Shown in pieces: positions 35,300-48,916 of a DNA stretch of 64,000 nucleotides. The stretch covers positions 27,466,001-27,530,000 of the forward strand of contig CM022673.1 in assembly GCA_012295275.1 (NCBI GenBank). Direction: 5' to 3'. Every line of letters begins with the position of its first letter. Within the stretch, counting starts at the first letter, position 1. Both the position numbers and the translations under genes were made by a program. The stretch is from Chrysomallon squamiferum (lineage: Eukaryota; Animalia; Mollusca). The notes below the pieces were generated by a model. The model was not told the origin of the DNA. It was given only the letters and a program-made list of their open reading frames with translations, and did not search any database.

Positions 35300-36070
35300 T
35301 CCTCCCTTCTTTCTTTCTTGTTTTGAAAAAGAAAAAAAGTAGTGCAGTATATCTAAAAAAAAAAAGTGTCTACTTAGTGACGACTTACCAGTTTTCGTTA
35401 CGTTTATGAATATTCTCGTTTTCGTTCAAGGTTAGAAAAATAATAAGAAATTCCGAAATACTTTACTCGCTGTCATACTTCTAAATCACGATTCCTCCTG
35501 AAAGAACATAGAAAAAAAAAAAAAAAGGTTTTGAAACTTAGACTCAGCTCCAAAATGCCTGCCAGGAATTTGTAAAGTTTGGCATTGAAATGTTTTACTT
35601 CATTGATAGTTACTCAACAGAGAAGTAACAAGTTTTTTTTTGTTTTTTTTTGTTTTCTTTTTTTTTCTTTACCCTGTTCGCAACATGCTAATACTATGGA
35701 GCTGTGAAAAAAAAAAAAAAAAAAAAAAAAAAAAACGGGAAAAAAAAGAATAGAAAATTAAATTAAATAAAAAAAATCTGTTAATTTCATAGACATTTAC
35801 TTTCGTCAAATCAAATCTCATGATTTATTACATTGTACTTTAAGTATGACTTCTGCCTTTCAAATAAATAACGTCAACTATATGCTATAAAAATAAATAA
35901 ATGAAATAGCAGCGATGATAAATAGCGGTCCCCCCAAAAAAAACTATTCTAAATGTTCTAGATATTTGGAAACTTAAATGGCGTTACTCTAGCAAAAAAA
36001 AAAAAAAAAAAAAAAATAATAAGAAGAAAAAAAGAATTAATAAATAAATAAAATAAAAGTTTTTATTAAA

Positions 36071-36119
<49 letters not shown>

Positions 36120-37122
36120 AAAAAAATTTAAAAATTTACAATTATAATAATAAATAAATTATAAAGACTAAGAAAGCGAAGAAGAAGAAAAACAGCGATC
36201 TCCGAGGAAATATTGTAACCATTAGATTTACCAAACTTATTCACAGTGGATAAAAAGTGTGCGTATAAAACACATCAAAGGAATGAATCTTTTAAACATT
36301 TAGTCTATTTCAGATACAAACACGCTGATGATTAAACCATCTATACAGGCGAGACCTTGAGATGGGTAAAAACACATTTGCAAAATCTCACCTCTTTTTT
36401 GTCATCGATTTATTACAAAACCCGTTTCCTCTTGAAAGTCGTAATTATCCATGACAGTGATGTCGCCTTCATTTCTGAAAACGCGATTAAGATAAACATT
36501 AAATTATGTTTTATTGCAAACAACAACAACAGCAATAACAACAAAAATAACCCCAGCAAAAAAACAACAAAGCAAAGAGAAAAAGAGCTTATATTAAGTC
36601 TCATCCAAGCAACATTTTAACAAATTTTTTAATTTTCTTTTTTCTTTTTGTGCTATATATAGATGAGTACAACAACAACAACAAAACAAACACACGCAAC
36701 AAAAAACAAACAAAAAACACGTGCAATCAATGTAACGTTAGTTGTCATATACTTGTATTAAAGAACCAAAAAGTGAATTAAAATAATTTTATTTACTGAT
36801 TTGTTTTTAGTATCGCGACTAATTAATTATGTTCTATTTTTTTTTTTTTTTTTGGGGGGGGGGGAATCTTTGCTTTTTTTTTTTTTAAATTTTAAATCGT
36901 CTTTTCAGACAAGCAATAACAAACCAGTTTTTTTTTTTTTTTAATTGAATATTCTTTTTTTTTTTTTTTTTTAAATATATATATATTTTTTTTAACGTAA
37001 ATGACGCAATTCCAGGAACCTTTTTGAGAAACGATGCCATTCATTTTACTTTGATACTAATTACCTTTAACACTGTCTTCTCAAATATACCAGTTTTAAT
37101 TTAAAAAAGAAACAAATATTGA

Positions 37123-37164
<42 letters not shown>

Positions 37165-37347
37165 AAGAGAGAGAGATAGAGATTTCTCTCTCTTCCAGTA
37201 CAAGCGTCGTATCTTTTAACATTCCTTTTATTCTTTATCTCATGTACTAAATGCTTCACTCAGCCTTTTCTGTATGACGTCAGTGGCAAATCTATGTCGC
37301 AACTAGAAGGGGCGATGCTATATAGTACTACTACTACTACAACAACA

Positions 37348-37385
<38 letters not shown>

Positions 37386-39486
37386 GACTACTACTACTAC
37401 TACTAAAATTACACACTGCTTTTACTATATATACTTCTGCTACTAGTATTACCACTACTGCTATTACTATTACTACTACTACCACTAGTACTATTAATAA
37501 TGCTACTATTATTACTACTACTGTTACTACAACTCATGCTACTATTACTAGTATTACTACTACTACTGTTACTATAACTACTGTTACTACTATTACAACA
37601 ATAATAATATTCAAGGCTGTTGTTTTATGTTGAATAATTAATGTTAGTTGATACACTACAAGTTAAGTTACGTTTAATGATATGTAACTTATATATTTAA
37701 TTAGATATTTAGTCCTTCGAAATGGTAGGTTAGAGGTTAATTCAGTTTTGAAACAAACCATCAACAAGATCGAATCTCGAAGACTCCTCCAATGTTACAG
37801 TTGTAGGACCGCTCCTGTTATTTGATTATACTGTTTATAGAATGAAACCAAATTAAATTTGACAAATGGCTCATTATTGCATCATACACGTAATGCCTCT
37901 TCTAATACTAGACATTTATAGTTAGTAATGAAAAGCTCAAAGTATCTCAAGTCACAGGAAAAACGTAAATGATCGTATCTCTTAATACAGGTTATTATTT
38001 TTATTTTTATTTTTTCTTAATCTATGTGCATGCGAACGTGATGTAATAATATGTACAAAAATACAATAATAATAGTTTAACATATAAATAAATAAATAAT
38101 TTAAAAAAAAAAAAAACAAAGATGAAAATGTATTAAATTTCATTAATAAAAAGTAACGAATAATATAAATAAAAATAAGAGATAAAAAAGTAATAAATTA
38201 ATTTTAAAAAATAAAAATAAAATAACAATAACAAAAATAATGACAGTAACAACAATACCAGCAGCAACGACAACAGCAAAAATACTCCGACCCATCACGA
38301 TTTTTCCCAAAGACTTAAACCTTTGTTTTTGTTCTCTAAGCTTTCAGCTTCAGAAGCAAACGTACGTAACGAACAAAACACAAACACGATCGTACAGCGA
38401 ATTCAGTCAACCGAACTCGAAAGATTTGTTTACCGTTCAGACCAATGCCCTACGTTTATAAATAAATACTGTTTAACATTACTTACTTTTCTTACGTCGT
38501 ATTGTACGTACACTTTGATATTAAATACTCATCTGTGATTAAAAAGAAATACAAAACGCGGTTTGATTAAAACGTGTCTTTCGTGTCGTTCTGAATTCAC
38601 GTTCTGCACGTTTTGAAAACAACTTCTGTTTATTCGCTGATCTGTGATCGAGAAGAAACGAAAACAAAAAAAGAGATACAAAAAACGTTGTGATCAGAAC
38701 GTGTCTTTTGTCGAGAACGCTTGTTTCGAAATACGCACGTTTCAAAGTAATTTATGAGACTTTGAATGTATAAAAGATCAAGTTCGATGTTTTTCTTACA
38801 TCACACCGTGTACTTGGATTACGACTTTAATTTATTTATTTTTATTTTTTTTAAAGATTTTAATATAAACTACATTTTTCTATCAGCTTTTAAAATTAGC
38901 TTTGTTTACTGGAATATAAACTATTCACTGCTTGATCCTGTATTTATTTAAAAAGAAAACAGAAAAACAAAAGAAAAAAGCGGAAGATAAAGAAAGAAAG
39001 AAGCTTTAGTATGAATCTTAGACTTTTTGTAATGTATTAAGTAACTTTTATGTGTTTTTTTTCGTGAACTGTACTTAATCTTCAGTGATATTCGTCGACA
39101 AAGGAATACAAATATTTACACTCACCACAAACGATGATATACAAAATGTAAAATCTTTTCGTATTCTTTATTATTTTTTATTAGAAAATTACTTGCATAC
39201 GTCTGTCTGTTATTAGAAAGGTCAACATCATCTTCTACAATCATCAGACTATAAATCAATTTCATTATTTTAAAAGAAGATAGACATTTAGGCTTTTCAC
39301 TTGGAATCGGTGATACCTCAGATATGGCTGTAAAAGATTTTTATTTATTTATTTATATTTTTTAATTTTAAAAATAGGAACACTAAAATAAAAAAATAAA
39401 AATTGATGAATAACTGAAAATTTTGAATTAATTACATTTCAAAAGTATTTAAGGTTAGCGGTAAGTACGTGAGAAATGTGGTTTTT

Positions 39487-39585
39487 AGACGTAAATGACA
39501 GACGTAACTGACAGACGTAAATGACAGTCGTAAATGACAGACGTAAATAACTGACGTAAATAACTGACGTAAATGACAGACGTAA
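39487..39585. repeat. 13-bp minisatellite (AGACGTAAATGAC), about 7-8 copies
   Basis: Directly visible tandem units with minor variants. Confidence 0.9.
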
Positions 39586-39802
39586 GAAAGAAACCCATTG
39601 GTTATTGTTGTATTACGGTTAGTCTAAACAGAAGTGGCTCTTTACACGCATTTCCCAACGATAGGAAAACGCGTACAACTGATTTTAGTTAATCAGCCAC
39701 TTTGTTCTGTTTTCACGAGAACAGCAACTTGTCAGCATCAAGTGTTGTAACTCGAAGTTTAACAAAATCAGGACACGTGACACATAAAGAACACCCCGCC
39801 CC

Positions 39803-39929
39803 CAGAGATACCTTTAAAACAACACACACAAAAACAGAGATACCTTTAAAACAACACACACAAAAACAGAGATACCTATAAAACAATAAAAAAAAAAAAA
39901 AAAAAAAAATCAGAGATACATTTAAAACA
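39803..39929. repeat. Tandem repeat of about 32 bp (CAGAGATACCTTTAAAACAACACACACAAAAA), 3-4 copies
   Basis: CAGAGATAC(C/A)T(T/A)TAAAACA occurs four times. Confidence 0.85.
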
Positions 39930-40442
39930 GGTTAAAACAGCCCTGATTCATCTTTAACTTACGATTTCAGACAGCAACAAAGTCATTCACATCTTTCCTT
40001 ATTTTTAAAAAAAAATTTTTTTTTTTTTTTGTTGGCTATATTTTGGAAGGGAATACTCGATAAGAACGCTATCAGATGGACAGTGTGTAATCTGAAGCCA
40101 TTAAAAATTCTGAATTATACGATACACACAGTTTTAATCAGGCACTCCGTCAGAATATCAGCAGCTTAAATCGAGATGTTCAATGTACGGTGGCGCATTC
40201 CAAAACCTTTTTTTTTTCTTTTTTTTTCTGTTATCGTCTAACGTAAACCACTAAGTTGCAAAATGTTGAAAGAAAAGATAAAAATCTAATGAATTAAGAC
40301 GGCTGTTCTGCCAGTTCCCCCCGTTCTTAATCTCTGTGGTTTTTTTTTAAATATATATATTTTTTTATTATTTTAATCAGCTAAAACAGTTGAAGATGAA
40401 CAACAGGAAAGTGAATTATCTCGTTACTAAAATAAAAATAGA

Positions 40443-40486
<44 letters not shown>

Positions 40487-40711
40487 AGGTCGGAATAAAA
40501 CTGGGCGTGTATACAGGAATTAGACCCCAAAGATTGAGCTTCTTGTAATAAAATTTCTGGCTGACTCGAATTACATATCACATTTTATTGTAGGAGATAA
40601 ACTCAGAAATAAAAAGTCAGGTAATGACAGGGTGTAGAAAGTATCACTGTTTCATGTAATCATACAGACACATTAACTACAGAATTCGGCATTAACTGTT
40701 GCTATTAAATT

Positions 40712-41118
40712 ACATTTTAGACTTTAACAAGCTGAATGAATAATATAGGCTCTTTTTTTTAACTATAACGTATTTTAGACTACAACGAGCTGAATGAATA
40801 ATATGGATTATTTTCGTTGACTGTAACATATTATAGACTTTAATAAGCTGAATGAATAATATAGGCTCTTTTTTAACTATAACATATTTTAGACTACAAC
40901 GAGCTGAATGAATAATGTGAAGTCTTTTTGTTGATTATAACATATCTCACATTTTAACAAGCTGAATGAATAATATAGGCTCTTTTGTAACTATAACGTA
41001 TTTTAAATTTTAGTAAGCTGAATGAATAATATGGATTCTTTTCGTTGACTGTAACGTATTATAGATTTTAATAAGATGAATGAATAAACGAGGCTGTTTT
41101 TGTTGACTATAACATATT
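40712..41118. repeat. Minisatellite of about 58 bp with alternating A/B subunits, about 7 units
   Basis: AGCTGAATGAATAAT recurs every 55-59 bp, followed alternately by ATAGGCTCTTTT or (A/G)TGGATT/GAAGT..TTTT(C/T)GTTGA. Confidence 0.9.
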
Positions 41119-43737
41119 CCTCTTCTTTTGTATTCTAATTTTAACCGTAATACAATGAAATTCGTATCAGCTGTATGATACGAATGAACCATAATGCATA
41201 ATTATGTATAACATAACACATACAAACATCAGAACTCAGTCACACTCACGTAATTATACATTCATATACATTCACAGATATTCTCTCTCTCTCTCTCTGG
41301 CCGATTTAACTCTTTATAACTGCAAATCATAATAAAGAGATTAAGTGAATGTAATATTCGTTTAGAAATGATATGCCTGTTCTTACGATTCCGTCACGTT
41401 TATCAACATTCTGAAACGATTTTCTACCCTCACATCTTGACTGTCTGTCTGTCTGTCTATCTGTCTATCTATCTATTTGCCTATCTATTTATCTATCTCT
41501 GTATGAATATATGCATATGTGTGTGTGTGTGTATATAATTAAAAATACTGTGTATATATACATACACATAAACAAACATGTATTTCATAATTATCTTGTA
41601 TTGCAGACGAAATAAAATAAATAAATAATAATAAAACAAATCTACATCAGCGTAACAACAACTCTCTTTAATTAATTACTACTACAGCAAATAAATAATT
41701 CAACAACATTCTAAAACAAGAACCTCGCTCACATTTTCACTAAATATAACATAAATATTTTTTATATTTGACAAAAAACAACTACCTTTCAAATTAGTTT
41801 TACCGCTAATGAATGAAATAACAAGTCGAAATAACATATCCAAATCGTTACTCGAAATCGTCCAGTGTAAAATCACCTTTATAACAAGCCGGCCAACGGA
41901 ATTGGGTACAAGTCGTCAGACAAGCGTGCAGGTTGCTAAGTATCAGACAGACTCAGACTGACCGCATTCCTTCTGACACTCGCCTGCCACTCGCCTGTCA
42001 CTCGCCTCGACTTCCAAGAAACAACAGATACACAAGAAAGACAGAGCAACCTCGCTGTGTTTACAAATGTCACGCTGTTGGAAATCCTCCGCAACGGTAA
42101 TCACACACACAGCATGAAAATGAGCGATAAGAAGCTGGGAAAGAAACAAAACGTGGTTTAGGACTGAAAGGGTTAACACAGTGGCGCGGATTATTACAAA
42201 GAGCGAGTCGGTTTTTGTACGTTTTCGATATACCGTGTTATTCTGGTTTTAGCATTCAGTATGTTTGACGATAGAATGAAGATTTAATACAGACTCGTGA
42301 TATTATTTAATATTGTAATATCGGTCATTAATTCTTTTATAAGGATAATATGATAAAAATAATGGGTTTGACGCCTCTTCATAAACTGTTCTTATAGATT
42401 AGCAGTAATGGATTCTTATGTGAACACCTTCTCATAGACAGGACGTTATATTAGCAGAACATTTGATTAAACCTGTAGAAATCACTACATGTTTAGAGCA
42501 CCAAACATAACTAGATTTTTTGAAGGAACAAATGAAATTTGTAAATTTATTTATTTACTTTTTTATGTTGTTGCATTTGTAACAAAACTTGACGTTTGAT
42601 TTGTTAACCATCTACATCAATAGACAAGGATAAAAAAAAAAAAAAAAAAAGAAAAAAATTAGCTTCAAAACTTCGTAAAATCATCATTTCCATCAGAAAA
42701 TGAAATCAGAAATAAATATAACATTAAAATTTTTTAAAAAAAGAAGAAAAATAACAAAATAAAATCATTGAAAATAAAATAAACGTAAAGTCAACAATAC
42801 AAGAAAAAAAAAAAAAAAAAAAACTTTAAAAAATAATAATCGAATTCTATTACAACAAACTGAATGAAGGAATTAAACTCAGGCAAATATTCCTTCAGAC
42901 TCAAACATACATGATAATTAAATCATGTCTTCGAGCTATAAATACCTGCAAATTAAACTGTTAATCTGCCAGATTTTATAAACGTATCATTTACATTACA
43001 GCTTTTAAAAAATCCCTATCAACAGCAGACGTGACGGAAATCACAGAACCGCTCTTCATTTCCGCCATGAGTTAGCAAAAGAGCTGTCAGATGTAATAGA
43101 AAAGTAAAGTTGTTTGACACGTTAAACGACAAGCTTATTTATTCAACTTTGTCTGCCGTCTAAGGCTGGAAGACAATATACTTTTCAAATTCCCATAATT
43201 TAATTACACTTTGTTTTCTGTCGTTTCCATAATAAGTTATGAAATCTTCGCCCCCTTCCCAATATTAAAAGTTAATTTATTTGACGTCTGATTAACAGTC
43301 CGCCATTTTGATTTCTGCAATTACACGATGAACAAAATTCTGTTTTGCGTTCAGAATGTATCAGACGATTTTTTTTCTTTTACATCTGACAGGTCTGTTT
43401 ATTAAACAATGATAGCTGCTTTTGGCACTTTAGTAATTGACGTTTAACGCGAAATAAACAAATAAATGAAGTCCAGAATAATTTATGTTTAAATGTAAAA
43501 TAAATCGTCCGGAAAATACGAAATAATTTTATGACTTGCCAAAAATAAAAGAATTTAAAATGACTTCTCGTTTCGCATGTTGGTAATTTCTGTTTATTTT
43601 ATTCCCCTAAATATTATATATGTTTAGTCAGAAGAGGTTTTAATGCAACACAGATATCTTCAAAATTTCAGATCTGAGATAGCATAAAAAATCGTATACA
43701 ACATTATAATAATAATAATAATAATAAAATAAATACA

Positions 43738-43776
<39 letters not shown>

Positions 43777-44617
43777 AACCAATAAACCTCCAAAATTTAC
43801 TGTATAAATCAATTAAATACTATTTACAAGGCCACTTATTAAATTCTTTACAAAAATTATTTACCCTAAAATTAATTTTAATAACTGTTTTTGCGTTTTG
43901 ACTGCTTGATGGTATATTTTTGTTGGTGTAGAACTAACTTTGCAGTTGCCCTTATTTAGAGTAGCCTCCCTCAACCCAAGGAGCGCTACAAGTATAGACG
44001 AAATTTACCGAGAAGTTCCGAGTGACAAAATGACGTCAACAATAGCAAAACGTCACGAGGAGTAGCCATTGTCATTTTCATGTGTATTTTACTTTTCTTG
44101 GATATTTGTGCGTTTAAGGGAGGAAATTATTATTTTGATACACTAATTGCGTACTAATTAATACTTCTTAAGTCGTTGATACCTTTAGAATAATTGATAC
44201 TTTCTATCCATTGAAAAGTATCATGAAACATGACCTAAACTAATAAATATTCATAAAGACAGGATGACGTAAATTACGAAAATGGATGTTTAAGTGTTAA
44301 GGTTTCTTGAATTATTTTTTGTTTTTGAGAGCGAATGTTTGTCTTTCTCCATGTTATGTGTATATTTATGTGTGTACGTTTGTATTAGTATATATGCAAT
44401 TTTATGTGTATTTGTATTTTCATAATTTTTAACATATATGTATGCTATGATAGCGGCTATATATGCTTGTTTTGTATGTTCATGTTTGTATATTCATGTA
44501 TATAGTGTAAATGTATATGAATACAGGGTTTGTGTAAATTTATATATATGTCAGTATTTGTATGTACATTTTTTATATGAAAGTGCATTGTGTGTTTATG
44601 TGTTTGTCAATGTTTAC

Positions 44618-44648
<31 letters not shown>

Positions 44649-45844
44649 TGTATGTATGTTTCTGTGACTATATTATGTTCCTACATTATGTTTATATTTG
44701 AAAAATATTCGTATGTTATTGTGTTTTTATATGTACATTTATATCTGTGTTACGTATATACATTTGTCTTTAAGTGATTGTGTGATCTGTTTGTGTGTAT
44801 GTGTGTATATGTGTGTGTTTGTTTATTAGGTGTCTTTGTGTGCAGGTTTGCATATAAGAAGCACTAATAACAGCAGCAGCAATAGTAACATTATTAGTGT
44901 TAATAGTAGTTGCATTGGTAATAATAGTTATGATAGCTTGTAGTAGAAATAGTATTAATAGCGGTGATACTGGTAAAATATCACTAAATGATTTATAGTG
45001 ACATAAGTTTTACACTCTATAATTATTTATATTAATTTTCTATGCTGTTACCTATTTTATATCCATTATTTGTTTATGTATGAAGATGTTTTGTATGTTT
45101 ATATTGCATGTGTGTGTGTGTGTCTGCTCTATATGTAGGTATGTGTTTGTGTCTATGTTTGTGTGTGTGTGTCTATGTTTGTGTGTGTGTGTGTGTACAT
45201 GTTTATACAGGTGTATGTTATTATGCTAGGCTCATATTAGTGAGTGCTGATGTAAGAATGTGAGTAAAGGTTAAGCGTTGCTATATGTTTTTATAACATG
45301 TCAGTATTCGTAGGTAAATATTATTGTTTTTGGTTTTGTGTGTGTCAGTGTGTGTGTTTAAGTGTTTGTATGTAACATTTAATTGTGAGTGTTTATCTGT
45401 TATGTGTGTATATTATATTTTTGTTTCTAAAGCAAGCAGATGTCGTTGTATTTTTATATGTGATAGATTGTTAGCACATTTGCATCTGTGTTACGTAGAT
45501 TTTTTCAGTGATTGTTTGTGTGTTTGTATATGATCAATACATGTGGCTGTGTGTTTTGTGTATGTTTGTTTGTGTAAAGGTTTATGTTTATGCAGTATTT
45601 GTCTATGTGAAATTTTTTGTGTAAATAGTAATAATAATAGCTGCAGCACCAGTAATAATCATATTAGTAGCTGTGGTGGTAGTAGTAGTATTAATCTTAG
45701 TAGTAGTAGTAATTATGTAGAGAATAGCAGAAACTGAAGTAGTGGTATTAGTAGTTGCAACAGTTGTAATAGTATTCTGTGAGTATTTGTATATTTGTGT
45801 GTGTTTTAATATTTATATATTTGTTTGTGTTTTAATATTTTTGG

Positions 45845-46560
45845 AATGAAATCAGTTTGAATGAAGTTATTTTGATTTTACGTCTAAGTAAAATAAAGTT
45901 GAGTGAACTTTTTTGAACCAGTCTGTTTGAGAGAAGTAATTGCATTTTGTTTCAAGTCAAGTTTGAAAGAGTCAGTTTGTGTGAAGTCATTTTTATTGAT
46001 GTCATCTTGAGTGAAGCAGTTGGAGGTCAGACAGTTCAAATGAGTCAATCTGAGTGAAATGAGTTTGAATGAAACCACTGTGAATGAGTCAAACTGACAG
46101 AACCCATTGTGTCTGAAGTGAGTTTGAGTGAGGCCACTTTGAGTGAAATAAGTTTGAATGAGTCAGTTTGGAGTGAGTTTGAATAATCCAGATTGAATGA
46201 AATCAGTCTGAATAGGTCAGTTTTAGTCAAACTGTTCAGTAAGGCAGTGTTGAAAAAATCAGTTTGAATGAACTGGTTTGAGCGAAGTCGTTTTCACTGA
46301 AGTCTGAATAAATTTGAATGAAGCGCGTTTGAATGTTTCAGCTAGAGAGAGAAGTGAGTTTGAGTGAAGTGAAGTCTGCTTCAGTGAGGCAGTTTGAGTA
46401 AAATCAGTTTGAATGATTAACTGATAACATTTAAGTCAGTTTGAAGTGAAGTAGTCAGTTTGACGAAGTAAACTTGAACTGAAGAGGTTTGATTTGACAT
46501 TAGTTTGGGTGAAGGAATCTAAATCTGAGTGAAATCAAAGTGAACGCTATGGTTGAGTAA
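45845..46560. repeat. Old, degenerate minisatellite of about 15 bp (consensus approx. TGAGTGAAATCAGTT)
   Basis: GA(A/G)TGAA..CAGTTT variants recur with about 15-nt spacing over 700 bp; stop codons frequent. Confidence 0.8.
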
Positions 46561-46860
46561 AGCTCATTATGAGCGGAACATTAACAAAAATTAACGTTTC
46601 AACCAAGTGTGACCTACTTTCATTCAGGCATGATTTGATTTCCAATAGGCGAAAACACACCAAGTGACTGTAAGTTACGAAATAACGACAACTATCGTGA
46701 CCAACTCAAACATATCTTTAAATTCTTATTTTTAAGTGTTTTTTTGTTTTTTGTTTTTTTTTATATATAATTATCAGATTTAGCTTGGCTTTCAGTCTCA
46801 GGTGAAATTATACATACTGAATTTAGATGCTGTTTTAGGGAAAACAACAAGAAAAAGTAG

Positions 46861-47062
46861 ATTATATATTATATGTTGTTTTATTTCCAAAACTGTAAAG
46901 ACATTAGTATGTCATATATTTTATGTTGTTTTATTTCCAAAACTGTAAAGACATTAGTATATTTTATATTATATGTTGTTTTATTTCCAAAACTGTAAAG
47001 ACATTAGTATATTTTATATTATATGTTGTTTTATTTCCAAAACTGTAAAGACATTAGTATAT
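46861..47062. repeat. Tandem repeat of about 50 bp, 4 near-identical copies
   Basis: ATGTTGTTTTATTTCCAAAACTGTAAAGACATTAGTAT occurs four times. Confidence 0.95.
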
Positions 47063-47472
47063 AATTATTATAATGCATAATCAAACATTTTGATAATGAT
47101 GAAAATTGTATTTTTCATGTTTTATAATTATAACAGTATATAAAATAAATTATTATAATTCTTCAAAATTATAGTGCAGAAGCAAAAATAATATTTTCCA
47201 TTAACTGATATCAAAAACAATAAGATCTATACAATCAATAATCAGAGAAAGTTTTACAACAGGGTTAAAGTTTACAAAATTAAATATTATTTTATAATTA
47301 TGTTACCACTATTATGTATATTATTCAGTATATAAAAGTAAAAATCAAAATCCTTTGTGTCGAAACATAATTTGTTATTATTAAATTTATTTTAAACAGA
47401 CAATGAAAAAAAAAATATTTTGAATTCACGCAGATAGTTAGTTCAAGTTTTAAAACGAAGTTAAAGTTATAA

Positions 47473-48494
47473 TCAGGCTTTCTGTGGGGCAACAGTCGTA
47501 GTCGCTCTGTCTACTTTGTTGTTTTCCCGTTCCGACTGTCTCCCTGCTGATTCTACACGTGGTGGTTCCGTATTTAGTGTTTCTCTGGCATCCTGAAAAT
47601 TTAGTTTTATGTCATTATTATTATTGTGGTTCTGGTTGCTGTTATTAATATTAAAAAAAAAAAAACAAAAAAAAAAAAAAAATCTGTAGAGTATGATGGG
47701 ACTACCTACTTGATAAAAAAAAAAAAAAAAAATGAAAAAAAAATAAATTTTTTTTTTAAATTCAAAGAAACAAAATTTAAACACCACCAACAAACAACAT
47801 CAATGAAAAAACACAAAACCAACCAAACACTAAAAAACCCAGAAAAACAAAAACAAACAAACAAACAAACAAACAAACTGATAAACCGAACAAATTCTTG
47901 GTAACCTAAACTGTCAGAATTTTTCGTGAATTATTAAATAAATATATTTCACTGGTTTTTTTAAAATAATAAAAGATTTTGAATTTTAAGAATATAAAAT
48001 TATCTGACAACATATATATGTGTGTGTGGATGTGCGTGTGCGTGTGTGTGATTTCATGCTTGGTTCAGCCGGAGTAACTGAAACGTAAGTTTGTTTAACA
48101 AGATGACTTACCTCACTTTTAGCCCGTGCTGCAGGTGTCGTTGTAATCGTGTTCACTGGTGGCTCAGGACGTTGTCTTCCTCGGAGAAGTTGTCGCAGGT
48201 GATGCTGATGTCGACAGCGACAACGACAGCAGCATGGGCAACAACAACAGCATCCATGTGCAGATGCAAACAGAAATACTGCAACTGTAAATAAATAAAT
48301 AAATAAACAAAAACAAACAAAAAACAAACAAACAAATAAATAAATAAACAAACAAACAAACAAACAAATCAAATAAATAAATAAACAAACAAACAAACAA
48401 ATAAACAAACAAACAAACAAACAAATAAATAAATAAACAAACAAACAAATAAACAAACAAACAAACAAACAAATAAATAAATAAATAAAATATC

Positions 48495-48548
<54 letters not shown>

Positions 48549-48827
48549 TATCTTGTTATGCAACCATAATTCTTTACTAAATTATTATTTCTTTATACAT
48601 TTACGTCTTTTATGTTGTTTTTTTATTTGTTTTAAAGTGATTATACAACACGATTTAAAAATTCCTGAATTACGTTTAATTTCGTGTTTGAAAGTTTTGA
48701 AGATATTTTTGCTGAATAATAAAATTTATCGGTAAAAAAGGAAAACGCTGGCATATACACACATAAAGAAACAGACGAAGAAACAATACTTACAAATCAG
48801 CGCAAAGAAAATTTTCATGCAGTTCAT
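47473..48827 (-). CDS. Orphan secreted polycysteine protein, 108 aa; exons 48827-48794, 48284-48112, 47592-47473
   Basis: caaaATG start; donors TTT|gtaagt and GAG|gtaagt; acceptors ttacag| and ttttcag|; phases 1 and 0 join in frame. Protein: MNCMKIFFALIFAVFLFASAHG-CCCCCPCCCRCRCRHQHHLRQLLRGRQRPEPPVNTITTTPAARAKSEDARETLNTEPPRVESAGRQSERENNKVDRATTTVAPQKA*. TATAAAA at 48916-48910 and AATAAA at 47391-47386 on the same strand. No family recognised. Confidence 0.85.
48288..48543. repeat. Compound (AAAT/AAAC)n plus (AAT)n microsatellite in intron 1 of the polycysteine gene
   Basis: Directly visible. Confidence 0.92.
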
Positions 48828-48909
48828 TTTGATAACACGCTACAAATAACAGCTTAAACTGTTAATTAACTTATCGTTGTTACTTACCATGTAATAAAAT
48901 CGGCGATCC

Positions 48910-48916
48910 TTTTATA
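48910..48916 (-). promoter_or_regulatory. TATA box of the polycysteine gene
   Basis: TATAAAAG on the minus strand, about 83 nt upstream of the ATG at 48827. Confidence 0.6.

Noticed and set aside
45845-46560. ORFs with 5-residue periodicity as a repeat protein
   Set aside because: Decayed 15-bp minisatellite with frequent stops and no splice-supported frame.
46861-47062. Regularly spaced repeats here and at 40712-41118 as possible CRISPR arrays
   Set aside because: Units are contiguous with no unique spacers, no cas genes are present, and the context is eukaryotic.
48091-48294. Plus-strand ORF ending CRCKQKYCNCK (metallothionein or CXC-like)
   Set aside because: Antisense shadow of polycysteine exon 2; splice sites, signal peptide, TATA and poly(A) signal all support the minus strand.
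48841-48890. ATG|gtaagt mini-exon plus short intron upstream of the polycysteine ATG
   Set aside because: The intron would be under 50 nt and the exon would sit at the expected transcription start only about 20 nt from the TATA box; more simply read as 5' UTR.
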